Made by a program: the position numbers and the translations under genes
Origin: Planctomycetota bacterium
Lineage (GTDB): Bacteria; Planctomycetota; UBA11346
DNA: 64,000 nt
Direction of reading: 5' to 3'
Assembly (NCBI GenBank): GCA_016745075.1
Contig: JADGDD010000002.1
Location: forward strand, 2,034 to 66,033
Shown: positions 38,187 through 48,259 of the stretch, one piece after another
Layout of the letters: every line of letters begins with the position of its first letter
Numbering within the stretch: the first letter of the stretch is position 1
Notes under the pieces: model-generated
Told to the model about the DNA's origin: nothing
Database searches by the model: none
What the model saw: the letters and a program-made list of their open reading frames with translations, nothing else

Positions 38187-38924
38187 TTATTGTTTCGTAA
38201 GGGTTACTGCTTTGGCAGCAGCGCGGGCGGTCCATAAGTCAGTACTATGGGAGAGCTCTTGTAGGGTGGAGCGAACGCCATCTTGTGAGCGTTCCGCCGC
38301 ACCTTGTGGGTTGACCAGTCGGACCAAAGCAGCAAGCGTTAAGGCCGGTTGAACGGTTTGCAGGCGACCTTGGTATAGCTCTAGTTCAGGAAGATCAGTG
38401 CTGAGCTCGGTAATGACAGAGCGTTGGTTTGCATCTTCAGCAGCTACTAAGACAGCGCCTTCAACTGTCAGAGCCCAAATAACCTTTTGTGTTAACCGTG
38501 CGGTAGACGGTAATGTTGTTGTGATCAGGCTTGTGCCGAGTGCCGTATGTTCTGTAATATTTGTTAGTTGTAATGGAGCTTGCGGGATAATCAGCGTATT
38601 ACTGTAGATACGGAGCCCGTGTTCGTTGAGTCCAGTTATATCAATGGCTCCATGGCCACTATAGATGATAGCAGCTCCGTGGTTAGCAGCGCAGACGCGG
38701 TAAGAGGCAGCGCTGTTTTCTTTGAGGTTTCTAGCGGCATCGGTCTCGGTGATAGCACTAATCCGTTTGAGCGCATCATGTTGAGCTGCTTTATCAAGGG
38801 CAGTAATGTCCACACCAATTAAATCACGCATCGTGTCAGTGGTAATTGTTTTACGAGAGCCGCACGAGGAGAGAGTCAGCACGCTACAGACTGTGCACAC
38901 AAGGAGAAGAGAGAATATACGCAT
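38187..38924 (-). CDS. Hypothetical lipoprotein
   Basis: MRIFSLLLVCTVCSVLTLSSC lipobox; SD AAGGAGAGG upstream. Confidence 0.72.
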   Translation of the reverse strand: MRIFSLLLVCTVCSVLTLSSCGSRKTITTDTMRDLIGVDITALDKAAQHDALKRISAITETDAARNLKENSAASYRVCAANHGAAIIYSGHGAIDITGLNEHGLRIYSNTLIIPQAPLQLTNITEHTALGTSLITTTLPSTARLTQKVIWALTVEGAVLVAAEDANQRSVITELSTDLPELELYQGRLQTVQPALTLAALVRLVNPQGAAERSQDGVRSTLQELSHSTDLWTARAAAKAVTLTKQ

Positions 38925-39173
38925 GTGCACAAGATGCCTCTCCTTGCTCTTGGCGCAAGTATAAAGGCCCTCATAATGAGGAGTCGTGCTGATAAATGCG
39001 CACACAAATAGAGATATAAAGAGCTTTTTATCTGTTATATATCCTGCAAAATGCAACGTATTTATGTCTAAACACCTTGATTAGTCTGTCTATCCCATCG
39101 GTCAGAAATCAGTCTCTTGTCATTGAGAACACTGTTGCTAACATGTTTCGCTCATCTAATAGAGGAGCACTAC

Positions 39174-39743
39174 TTGCGAGGACGCCGCAAAAAACGCAGG
39201 GTACCACTGCCGCCACCAGATATCAGCCGTGGCCGCATTAATGAACATATCCGCATTCCAGAAGTTCGCTTGATTGACGCTGAAGGTCAACAGGTGGGCG
39301 TTGTTAAAACCGATGAAGCACGCCGGATGGCGCTTGAGGTAGATCTTGACTTGGTTGAAGTCGCTGCCAATGCCAATCCACCTGTGTGCAAGATCATGGA
39401 CCATGGCAAATTTTTGTTCGAAGAACAAAAGAAAGAACGCTTGGCCCGGAAGAAGCAACGTGAGAGCGCTGTTGAAACAAAAGAGATTCGCTTGCGCCCA
39501 GGAACGGGTGATGGTGATTTAAAGATTAAAGCTGATCATGCTCGTGAATTCTTAGAGGATGGCTGTAAAGTCGGTATTCAGTTACAATTTCGTGGTCGTG
39601 AAATGGCGCACCGTGAACTTGGTATTGAAGCAATTAAACGTTTTGCTGCTATGCTTGAAGATATAGCAAAGCTTGAGCAAGAACCGTCTATGCAAGGTCG
39701 CCGTATGAATGCTTTATTGTGCCTTAAAAACGTTAGTTCTTAG
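39174..39743 (+). CDS. infC: Translation initiation factor IF-3
   Basis: INEHIRIPEVRLI, LDLVEVA, PPVCKIMD, KEIRLRP and FRGRE motifs. TTG start 6 nt after GAGGAG. Confidence 0.96.
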   Translation: MRGRRKKRRVPLPPPDISRGRINEHIRIPEVRLIDAEGQQVGVVKTDEARRMALEVDLDLVEVAANANPPVCKIMDHGKFLFEEQKKERLARKKQRESAVETKEIRLRPGTGDGDLKIKADHAREFLEDGCKVGIQLQFRGREMAHRELGIEAIKRFAAMLEDIAKLEQEPSMQGRRMNALLCLKNVSS

Positions 39744-39793
39744 GTCCTTTTAAGCGAGACAGGCTGATAGAAGTTTAGTTCATCGAAAATAAT

Positions 39794-39826
39794 AAGAAAG
39801 ACCGCTCGGAAAGAGCGGTCTTTCTT
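39794..39826 (+). terminator. Terminator after infC
   Basis: aagaaagaccgctc-ggaaa-gagcggtctttctt. Confidence 0.8.
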
Positions 39827-39850
39827 TCTGTTCAGGGTAAAGCGTTTTGC

Positions 39851-42184
39851 TTGGCTGATAAGAAGATGTGTTTAAGGTGTCGCTCTATGTGGAAGAGTTT
39901 GTGTCTATTCTGTATGCTGCTGCAGAGCGTGTTACCGCACATACATGCTGCGCAAACGGTGATAAGCGCAGATATTCAATTACAGAGCCCACTGACAACG
40001 GTGTATTATGCTGAAGGCACAGCAGCATTTTTATCTCCGTATGCAGAATCTGTGTCATGCTCGGTATTAATACCGGAAGATGCGCCAGATGATATTGGTA
40101 TAGGTTTGGTTGTGGCCGATGCCACAGGACGTTGGTATCAAATTCCCCATGTTGGTCGTTTAGCATCAGGTCGCCATGATCTGGTTTTTTCGCTTCAGGC
40201 AGAATCAGCGTTACTGAGTGAGCCGGATAAAGTTGCGTGGTCTACCCATGCCTTAGCACGTTCGTCTCAATGTGGTTTGTTTTTATGGTCGAGTGAATCT
40301 TCTCAGGCAACAATACGCTTACTTTCTTTTGTTGTGCAGAATAAACAGTTACTCAGTAAGGTGCCGCAGGTTTTAACTGATTTAGAGATGGATGGCTATG
40401 ATACAACAACAGCATCTTGTCGGTGGCACACAGGCCAGCGTTGGGAAGTACATGTGCGGCCAAGTCTCTTGCCAAATAACCCTTATGACCCGAATGAATT
40501 TGCTCTCGATGCGCAGATCCGTACTCCACAGGGAGAAACTATTCGTGTGCCAGGTTTTTATAAACAGCCAATGGAGCTTTGTGATCGAGGTGATACAGAA
40601 ACGGCTCATCCAACTGGTGTTGGTGCCTTTTGTGTGCGGTATCGACCACCAGTGGCAGGCACATATCATATAACACTGGAGTCTCACTCAAAAAACCAGT
40701 CAGCTAGCCAGATGGCATTGCCGCCTGTTATTGTTAGTGGTGAACCGTGGAATGAATATATTCATGTAGACCCACAGGATAGCCGTTTTTATAGCATTGG
40801 CACTGATAACCGTTTTCATTGGCCCGTCTCATTAAATTTACGTTCAATAACGGATAAACGTAGTCAACAGAATATGGCAACGAAACCAACTATCCATCGA
40901 GGAATAGCAAGTTATCAAGCGTATTTAGATCGTTTTGCCCAAGCAGATGGCAATCTTGCGGAAGTGTGGATGAGCGGTTGGAACCTTGGTCTTGAGTGGA
41001 ACCCATGGTCAGTGAAAAACGGAAAGCGTGAAAAATATCCAGGGTACTTTGGTGTGGGCCGTTATCACGAAGGCAATGCGCATCGATTAGATCGTCTGCT
41101 TGATATGGCATGGGAACGAAATGTTCGTATTTTATTAGTCAGCAATCATCATGGTCAATTGTCTACCAGAGTAGATGCAGAATGGTGCGACAACCCACAT
41201 AATATTCGTAACGGCGGGAACTTAAAACGGGCCGAATATTTTTTCAAAGATGCGGATTCATTACGGCATCAACGCAGCTTGACGAGATATATCATAGCAC
41301 GATATGCAGATCATCCCGCGGTTTTCGCATGGAAAATATTTACTGAGGTAGATTTAACAGATCTTGGTTGGGATGCTCGTAATAAACGCCGAATGAATCC
41401 ACTTTTAGCAGAGTGGCATAAAGAGACAGCGGCCTATTGGTCTAAAACGGATGTGTATAACCATCCAGTGTGTACCCATTGGAGTACCGATTATCGAATG
41501 GTTTATGCAGATACTGCTTCGTTATCTGGTATCCAAAGTTTGTGTATAGATGCCTATCATGATAAACATCGTTCATTGGCAGAATTATTATACGAAAGCA
41601 TGAGTAACCCACGGCGAGGATTACAAAAATATAATAAGCCGATATTAGTGACGGAATATGGAGGTTCTCCACATGGTGCAGCTCAGGCACAAATGCATGC
41701 GGAACACAGCTTTGGTGCATGGGCCGCACTGGTGTCTGGGCATGCTGGCGCACCGATGTTGTGGTGGTACGAATGGGTTGATCAAAATAATTATTGGCAG
41801 CCCTATAAAGCGATTGCGGCATTTATAAAAGGTGAAGACTTACGCAGTAGCACAAACAAAAGTTTTTGTGCGAAACTACAAACAGAAGGAGCAGGGCGTC
41901 AAGCATTGTGGACCCGTGCGTGGGTTCAGCCAGGTGCATTGATCCTTGGTTACACTTTGGATTTGAAATGGAGTGCGAAGGGTAGTGTACAGACAGATAG
42001 TTTTTCTGGAGTAAAAATTGTTATTACCAAAAATGCACGTGCGGGTCATATGCGGATAGAATGGTGGGACCCAGATACCGGAATATGCCGAACACAAGAA
42101 GATTTTCATCATCCAGGTGGAGCATTAACGTTGAAAGCCCCTAGCTTTTCTCACCATCTCGCATTCAAATTACGGCGAAAATAA
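39851..42184 (+). CDS. Secreted DUF5060-type protein with a clan GH-A-like TIM barrel (putative glycoside hydrolase)
   Basis: NPYDPNEFALDA..TP.G...VPGFY domain; RYIIARY, AWKIFTEVD and KPILVTEYGG motifs. Start uncertain. Confidence 0.72.
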   Translation: MADKKMCLRCRSMWKSLCLFCMLLQSVLPHIHAAQTVISADIQLQSPLTTVYYAEGTAAFLSPYAESVSCSVLIPEDAPDDIGIGLVVADATGRWYQIPHVGRLASGRHDLVFSLQAESALLSEPDKVAWSTHALARSSQCGLFLWSSESSQATIRLLSFVVQNKQLLSKVPQVLTDLEMDGYDTTTASCRWHTGQRWEVHVRPSLLPNNPYDPNEFALDAQIRTPQGETIRVPGFYKQPMELCDRGDTETAHPTGVGAFCVRYRPPVAGTYHITLESHSKNQSASQMALPPVIVSGEPWNEYIHVDPQDSRFYSIGTDNRFHWPVSLNLRSITDKRSQQNMATKPTIHRGIASYQAYLDRFAQADGNLAEVWMSGWNLGLEWNPWSVKNGKREKYPGYFGVGRYHEGNAHRLDRLLDMAWERNVRILLVSNHHGQLSTRVDAEWCDNPHNIRNGGNLKRAEYFFKDADSLRHQRSLTRYIIARYADHPAVFAWKIFTEVDLTDLGWDARNKRRMNPLLAEWHKETAAYWSKTDVYNHPVCTHWSTDYRMVYADTASLSGIQSLCIDAYHDKHRSLAELLYESMSNPRRGLQKYNKPILVTEYGGSPHGAAQAQMHAEHSFGAWAALVSGHAGAPMLWWYEWVDQNNYWQPYKAIAAFIKGEDLRSSTNKSFCAKLQTEGAGRQALWTRAWVQPGALILGYTLDLKWSAKGSVQTDSFSGVKIVITKNARAGHMRIEWWDPDTGICRTQEDFHHPGGALTLKAPSFSHHLAFKLRRK

Positions 42185-42191
42185 GCTGGTT

Positions 42192-43541
42192 ATGTTGCGT
42201 GTTATTTGTGGCGGCTTGTGTTGTTTTTTAATTGTAAGTTATTGGTCTGCTTGGGAACGTTCGGATGCGGCCGTATCATTATCAGATGGAACTGCTCTAA
42301 GCCCGCTAACCGATATTTTTGATCCACAGACGCAACCTTTTGCCTTTACCATTCCACATCTTCCACCAGTGCCAGGACTGGCCGGTATACGTGCTGTGGA
42401 CTGTGGTGTGTGTCATGTAACTATTTATCAAGATTGGAAAAAAAGCACACACGCAGCTGCTCTACATGATGTACAGTTTCAAGCAGAAATAACAAAGCCA
42501 GACAGCCCAAAGTGGTTATGTCTAAATTGTCATATTCCGTTATCCGATCAGCGAGCGAAAACAGTAAGTGGCTTACATAATGGGGATGTACTTAAGCCAG
42601 CATATCAAGAAAACCCACATTTTGATAAAGTATTAGAGCAGGAAGCTATTACATGTGCATCCTGCCATGTTCGTACAGATGATGGTAAGACATCGTATAT
42701 TATTGGTAGCAATGCATCAAAAATTTCTCCACATCCTGTTCGCCAAAACCCAGAAGCCTTGCGGAATATTTGTCAGCGTTGCCATAATCCGCAGGGCGAC
42801 GCTATTACTCCAAATTTATTATGCTGGTTTACGACAACAGATGAGTTGGCAAAAAGTGCTGTCGATAAAGATTGTGTGGATTGTCATATGCCAGAAGAAG
42901 AGCGGGTACTCGTAGAGATTTTAGAAAATATGCCAACGCGCCCAATGAATCGTCATCATTGGGTTGGTGGCGGTATTCCCAAAACACAGGCTGGTTATGC
43001 TCATATACATGAACGTGGCTATAAACCAGGTGTGCAGATAGAAACAACAGCAGTACAGCGTCTTGAAGAAGAGCTTCAATTGGAAGTGCAGGTACGTGCA
43101 GATGCTGGCCATGCTGTGCCAAGTGGAGACCCAGAACGATATGTGCAAATTATAGTACTGTTAGCTGATAAGGCCGGACAGGTTCTTCAGGAGCATCAAT
43201 ACCGTATCGGTCAAACATGGACGTGGAATCCAGCGAAAAAAGTAGGTGATAACCGATTAGCCCATAATGAAAGCCGGACTTATATTCCGGTATTTGATGT
43301 GAGACAAGAGGCGGTATCTATTCGTATAGAGGCGAAGTTGGTGCGTTTAAGCAAAGAAAATGCTGCATATATGGCAACGCAAGCACATCGTATAGATGAA
43401 GACCTTTTGCCAGATGGAAAAAAACGAGTGGCAAATATGTTGATGACTTATCCGCGAGAAACAATCTTTTACCAAAAAATAATTATGCTGGAAGACGGTG
43501 TAGAAAAATTAACACCCTTACAGGAATTACTCGTCCCATAA
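42192..43541 (+). CDS. Multiheme c-type cytochrome (5 CxxCH)
   Basis: CGVCH, CLNCH, CASCH, CQRCH, CVDCH; WKKSTHA and AGHAVPSGDP motifs; signal/anchor. Confidence 0.9.
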   Translation: MLRVICGGLCCFLIVSYWSAWERSDAAVSLSDGTALSPLTDIFDPQTQPFAFTIPHLPPVPGLAGIRAVDCGVCHVTIYQDWKKSTHAAALHDVQFQAEITKPDSPKWLCLNCHIPLSDQRAKTVSGLHNGDVLKPAYQENPHFDKVLEQEAITCASCHVRTDDGKTSYIIGSNASKISPHPVRQNPEALRNICQRCHNPQGDAITPNLLCWFTTTDELAKSAVDKDCVDCHMPEEERVLVEILENMPTRPMNRHHWVGGGIPKTQAGYAHIHERGYKPGVQIETTAVQRLEEELQLEVQVRADAGHAVPSGDPERYVQIIVLLADKAGQVLQEHQYRIGQTWTWNPAKKVGDNRLAHNESRTYIPVFDVRQEAVSIRIEAKLVRLSKENAAYMATQAHRIDEDLLPDGKKRVANMLMTYPRETIFYQKIIMLEDGVEKLTPLQELLVP

Positions 43542-45464
43542 ATTGTCTGCGTTGGTTGTCCAAGCAATGGTTTGTTGTGGATGCTGCTGCATCCATTCAA
43601 TAACAGAACTGCGGCATTTCGGTGGTTGTAAGGTAATAAGACGGCGCAGTGCTTCTTTTGCAACCCGTGTATTGCTATCGTGTAAAAGGGGTAGGCAATG
43701 GTGAACGGTTTCTGGGTGGAGGCCTAGTAAGCGGCAGCCCAGCCAACGAAGAGAGGCATTGGGTGAGGAGAGTAATTCTTTGATTAATGTATAGCGATTT
43801 TCTGCACGTGTGTGCTGATGCCATTCCCATTGTGACCAACGTGCAGCATATATATTAGCTTCTCTAAAAGTGAGTGGTGTGCTTGCGGTACAGAGGGAAT
43901 GAATGTGATCGACACGTTGTTGATGAACACGGCGATCCATCTCTTCATGTGCTTCGATCTGTCGGTCAATGCGGGCAAGATCTTCTGGTCGTGCATGTTC
44001 GCCAGCAAGTGCTTGTTGTATACGAGCTGTTTTGGTCCAGCCACGCCTAGCAGCAAGTATGGCATAATTAATATGTGCATCGGCTAATTGTTGGCTGAGT
44101 AGCTGGTTTTGCTGCTGTAGGGCTTGTGCACCTTCGAGTAATGTAATTTGTTTGGTTGCTTCGGCACTGGTTGTGGCGTGGATGCCCTCTGCCTGTTGTC
44201 GGTAATTTTGAGCGACGCGGAGGCGTTCACTATGCAATTGGCGTTGTTCATTCCACATATAAGCTGGCCATGCAAGGACGATAGCACTTAATATGCAGGC
44301 AAGGGTAATGGTTTGCCAGCGAACCGATTCTAAATGATAAGAATGTCTTTTTTGTCGCGTGTAGGCTTGGGTATAGGTTTGAAGTAATTCATCATTGTTA
44401 TGTTGTTTTAATAATAATCCTGCAATATGGATATCATCAGATTCTAATGCTGTTTTAATGAACTCTTCGCGGATGGTATGTTGGCGTTGTTTGCGTTCAG
44501 CGGTTGGATATAAAGTGATGCTATTTGCACAGGCGACCAGTGCGGCACGATAAGCCGCGTATTTGAGTTGGCCGTGAGCGGCAATTGTTGTACTGTGGTT
44601 TGTTTGATTGCGTTTGTAGTTAGCTTGGCGAGCCAATTGTAACTGTTCTTGCGCATGTACATCATTGGCTGCGGCGCGTCCACCTAGGCGCAAATGTTGT
44701 TGCCACGCCCGCAAATCTTCGGCAAAGTCTTCAATGCTTCCCCGCTGTTTGGGATCTGTATGGCCAGCTCGTTGGAGGAGGTTTGTTAAAAATGGGTCGT
44801 CATATTGTGGCTGTGGCCATGCATTATCCCATGCAGCATCTAAGGTTTCTTCTAATGTCGGTCGTGTAAAGGGAAATTGTTTGGTGTGTAGCCACCACAG
44901 TAAGCAGGCCATTTGAAAAACATCACTGGCTGGAGTAGCTGGGTCATGTCGTAATATTTCAGGTGGGCAATGTTCCGCAGAGATAATGTTCCAGTTTTGT
45001 GCTGTTTCACCATATTCACTGGTGCAGTGCCAGCGGTCTAACCATACGGCACCATCGGGTCTTACAATAATACTTTGCGGATGAACAGCACGGTGGATAA
45101 TCCCTTGTTCATGAGTAAACGCGAGCGCTTCACAGATAGATAATAAAACAGAAATAATTCGATCACTGTCTTCTTGAACATCTACGTGTTCCATGTATTC
45201 CTGTAAGGTGGTATCATTTCTGCTACAATGAACGATAACCGCATTATTATGAATGTCGTAGACGGGAAGAATATTTGGATGTTCTAAGGCTGCTTGAATT
45301 CGATAGCGTTCTAAAAAAATAGGGCGGTCATGGGTTCTTAAACATTCACGTACAGAGGCACGGCGTTGTAGTGCGTGTTGTTTAATTGGATACTCATGAA
45401 GAGGAATATTTGTGGAATCGTGTTCCAAATAGCTGTGCCACATATCGAGCAATTTATTCTTCAT
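43527..45464 (-). CDS. Membrane pseudokinase (kinase-helical-TM-TPR-like-HEAT)
   Basis: Retains LEHPNILPVYD, PPE and ASDVF, but has HRAVHPQS (no catalytic Asp), no Gly loop or VAxK, and DRW in place of DFG. ATG 45464 overlaps the upstream stop. Confidence 0.8.
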   Translation of the reverse strand: MKNKLLDMWHSYLEHDSTNIPLHEYPIKQHALQRRASVRECLRTHDRPIFLERYRIQAALEHPNILPVYDIHNNAVIVHCSRNDTTLQEYMEHVDVQEDSDRIISVLLSICEALAFTHEQGIIHRAVHPQSIIVRPDGAVWLDRWHCTSEYGETAQNWNIISAEHCPPEILRHDPATPASDVFQMACLLWWLHTKQFPFTRPTLEETLDAAWDNAWPQPQYDDPFLTNLLQRAGHTDPKQRGSIEDFAEDLRAWQQHLRLGGRAAANDVHAQEQLQLARQANYKRNQTNHSTTIAAHGQLKYAAYRAALVACANSITLYPTAERKQRQHTIREEFIKTALESDDIHIAGLLLKQHNNDELLQTYTQAYTRQKRHSYHLESVRWQTITLACILSAIVLAWPAYMWNEQRQLHSERLRVAQNYRQQAEGIHATTSAEATKQITLLEGAQALQQQNQLLSQQLADAHINYAILAARRGWTKTARIQQALAGEHARPEDLARIDRQIEAHEEMDRRVHQQRVDHIHSLCTASTPLTFREANIYAARWSQWEWHQHTRAENRYTLIKELLSSPNASLRWLGCRLLGLHPETVHHCLPLLHDSNTRVAKEALRRLITLQPPKCRSSVIEWMQQHPQQTIAWTTNADNLWDE

Positions 45465-47688
45465 AGAGTGCTCCATATGTTTGTCTGAGACTGCGACCAG
45501 TAGCACGCCATAATCGTGCGCGTTGAGCCGCTTCACGAACAGCTTCCCACACATTGGTTTCAAGTGGCTCTAAAAACTGTTCTGTCGAAATATCTAAGCG
45601 TCGAGCAATAATGGCTGCCGCAACACATAATTGTCGTTGTCTACCTTTTTCGAGGAAGACGGTAAGCGCTTCTTCTACGTCATCATGTGGCCATTGCAGT
45701 ATTGTCAGTAAGGCTTGTTCAGTACCATCTGTCTGGGTGTCGCATAGGGTGAAGTAGGTATCAATTCGTTTTTGTAATGGAGCATGTCCAGCATTGAGTG
45801 CGGCTTGTTCAATCATGGTACGTAATTGCTGGCAGAGTGTTGTGGGTGCACCATACCGTTCAGCAGCATGTGTGTGCAGCGTTGCCTGCTCGTAAAGAGC
45901 ATTGTCACAGGTCCATGTGGCATAGGCCGCACAGGTTTCTGCAAGAAACTCATGAATACGTTCTGAGTGAGGGTCTAAGCCAAGGGCACGCCGTCCTGCC
46001 TGAAGGCGAATTTCAAAACCATTGCTGGGGTCATCCATATCAATGATATAGGACATGTTTGGAGTGTGTTCTAAAATATCAGAAACTTCAGCACTACGAT
46101 GTTTTCTTAAGCGCGTATCGGTTGCACGCATATACCACATAAAACCGGAGCTGACGCAAATGACGGCACCAACTAATATACTTAAGCCCCATTGAATACG
46201 ACGAACGCGTTTATGTTGATTTATGCGTTTTTCTCGGGCGGCACTACAATATTCTTGAAGGCTGTGTTTGTTAGCTGTGTTTGGTAAAGAGGGTAATATG
46301 GCGTTTGCTAGTTCAACATTTCCGTCATTGGCAACGCGTCGAACAAAAGCACACTCAGCTTGTTCGCATTCTTGCTGAAGGGGTTTGTTTTTATGACATA
46401 ACGCAACCGCTTGATGATAGCATGACAGGGATTGTTCTAATAATGCATAGCAGGCTTGTTCATCATTTGTTTCTTCTGCCTGTTGTTGAGCTTTTCGTGC
46501 TTGGTTACGTAGTTCAGTGCTGCGTTTGTGCCGGCTAATGTTACTACGCGCACGTTGAAGTTGGCGTGTAAGTTTTTCCATACTGCCGCGTTGGGCAGGG
46601 TCACTATGCATAATCTGTTGTTGGAGGGTAATAAGATGGGCAGGGATATCTTCGTGCGCTTCTTGTAGTGGCGGATAAGTATTATGCGCAGCGGCATGGA
46701 TCATATCTGCAAATGTAAAAGAAGTGAACGGTGCATGGCCAGTAAGCATGCGATATAATAATGAGCCGACTAAAAAAATATCTGAAGCTGGGCCAATCCG
46801 ATGTTGCTCTGCACGGGCCATTTCTGGAGCCATGTATGATGGTGTGCCTGCGGCAGCGGTAAGGTCGTTGAGCAAAGGAGCCGGGATGGATGACTGCTCA
46901 TCGTGACGAACGGCAATACCCCAGTCCATAACCAGTACCTCACCATATTCTCCAACCATAATATTACCCGGTTTAATATCACGATGGATAATGCCATGTT
47001 TATGAGCATGGTTGAGAGCGAGGGTGATTTTGATGAGGATGGCGAGGCATTGGGAAATATAATTGTCATCTTCTCTGTGGTCATCCATCCAGTCATAGAG
47101 ATCCGTGCCAATAATTCGTTTTAAAACAAGATAGTCACTGCCAGCATCATAAATAGGAATAATATTGGGATGGGCGAGGCGGGCGGTTATTTGTGCTTCG
47201 TTCACAAATGATTCAGAAATGTTTTTTTCCTCAGATTGATCTTGATGGACGACTTTCATCGCAACCATGCGCCCGAGCAATTGTTGTTCTGCCAGAAACA
47301 CCTCGCCCATGCCACCACGACCAAGACTGTCACAAATGAAGTATTTTTTGCCAACTGCATTTTGTGCGGTGGTGCCTGTTACTGCTCGGAAACAGCCGCC
47401 ATCAACGGTTTCATCATCTTCACCTGTTTGTGCAGCTCTGGTTCTGCTTGGACGTATGGTGCGAGTGTCTTGTTCTGGATTGGCGGTAAGCACGTGCGTC
47501 CAGTGAGTACCAACTCGTGATAGTGATTTAGGATATAGCGTTTGGTCGCCATGGTCTGAGTTTAGAGAAGAGTCCTGTTCGGCTTGCACCGTAGCAATGG
47601 CATCATGCCAGAGTGGTGAGATCGCTGCTGTCGTCTCTTCGTGTGGTTCATGCTCGTTTGAGCGTCTCTGCTTGTTTCGTCCTGACAC
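45454..47688 (-). CDS. Membrane Ser/Thr protein kinase
   Basis: LGRGGMGEV, VAMK, HRDIKPGN, DWG and GTPSYMAPE; TM IQWGLSILVGAVICVSSGFMW. Confidence 0.92.
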   Translation of the reverse strand: MSGRNKQRRSNEHEPHEETTAAISPLWHDAIATVQAEQDSSLNSDHGDQTLYPKSLSRVGTHWTHVLTANPEQDTRTIRPSRTRAAQTGEDDETVDGGCFRAVTGTTAQNAVGKKYFICDSLGRGGMGEVFLAEQQLLGRMVAMKVVHQDQSEEKNISESFVNEAQITARLAHPNIIPIYDAGSDYLVLKRIIGTDLYDWMDDHREDDNYISQCLAILIKITLALNHAHKHGIIHRDIKPGNIMVGEYGEVLVMDWGIAVRHDEQSSIPAPLLNDLTAAAGTPSYMAPEMARAEQHRIGPASDIFLVGSLLYRMLTGHAPFTSFTFADMIHAAAHNTYPPLQEAHEDIPAHLITLQQQIMHSDPAQRGSMEKLTRQLQRARSNISRHKRSTELRNQARKAQQQAEETNDEQACYALLEQSLSCYHQAVALCHKNKPLQQECEQAECAFVRRVANDGNVELANAILPSLPNTANKHSLQEYCSAAREKRINQHKRVRRIQWGLSILVGAVICVSSGFMWYMRATDTRLRKHRSAEVSDILEHTPNMSYIIDMDDPSNGFEIRLQAGRRALGLDPHSERIHEFLAETCAAYATWTCDNALYEQATLHTHAAERYGAPTTLCQQLRTMIEQAALNAGHAPLQKRIDTYFTLCDTQTDGTEQALLTILQWPHDDVEEALTVFLEKGRQRQLCVAAAIIARRLDISTEQFLEPLETNVWEAVREAAQRARLWRATGRSLRQTYGALYEE

Positions 47689-47706
47689 GATTCTAGACTG
47701 GATCAG

Positions 47707-48168
47707 ATGCTCGTTCTTGCAAGCTTTCTACTGCCCGGCACTGGGCTCATTTGGCAGGGTCGTACCCTGCTGGGGTGCCTCTTACTCGCGCTGGCTATGC
47801 TTGGTGCGCTTGTTGTTGTGGTGAGCACGCTCATTTTCACTGGTGATATTCGTCTTATAGGGGTCCAAAGTGGCGCAATCGTGTTTGCGGCCTGTGCATT
47901 TCTCTCAGGAGTCTGTTACCTGTTTATGATGCGTTCAAGTACACTGGATGAGGATCACCTGCAAGAATTAAGTCGGCAAACCTACCGAGCGCATATCTTG
48001 GGTCATACTGCCGAAGCGGTGAATCAGGCGCGTATTATCTGTAAACACAGGCGGCAAGATCAAGATGCATGGGAACTTCTCGTTCTGTGCGCAGAAAGTG
48101 CCGGAGAACAGGCTCTGGTGAAGCGAGCTAAACGCCGCATACGTTCCATACGCAACCAGCTTTCGTAA
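47707..48168 (+). CDS. Membrane protein with TPR-like tail
   Basis: SFLLPGTGLIWQGR motif, two TM helices and a helical C-terminus. Confidence 0.7.
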   Translation: MLVLASFLLPGTGLIWQGRTLLGCLLLALAMLGALVVVVSTLIFTGDIRLIGVQSGAIVFAACAFLSGVCYLFMMRSSTLDEDHLQELSRQTYRAHILGHTAEAVNQARIICKHRRQDQDAWELLVLCAESAGEQALVKRAKRRIRSIRNQLS

Positions 48169-48259
48169 GTAATGCGTATCACTCCTCTTTTGGAGAGAAC
48201 CACTGTCCGGATTGCGGAAGGCCCTAGCATCTTTCATAGTAGAGGTAGACTGAGAGCCT

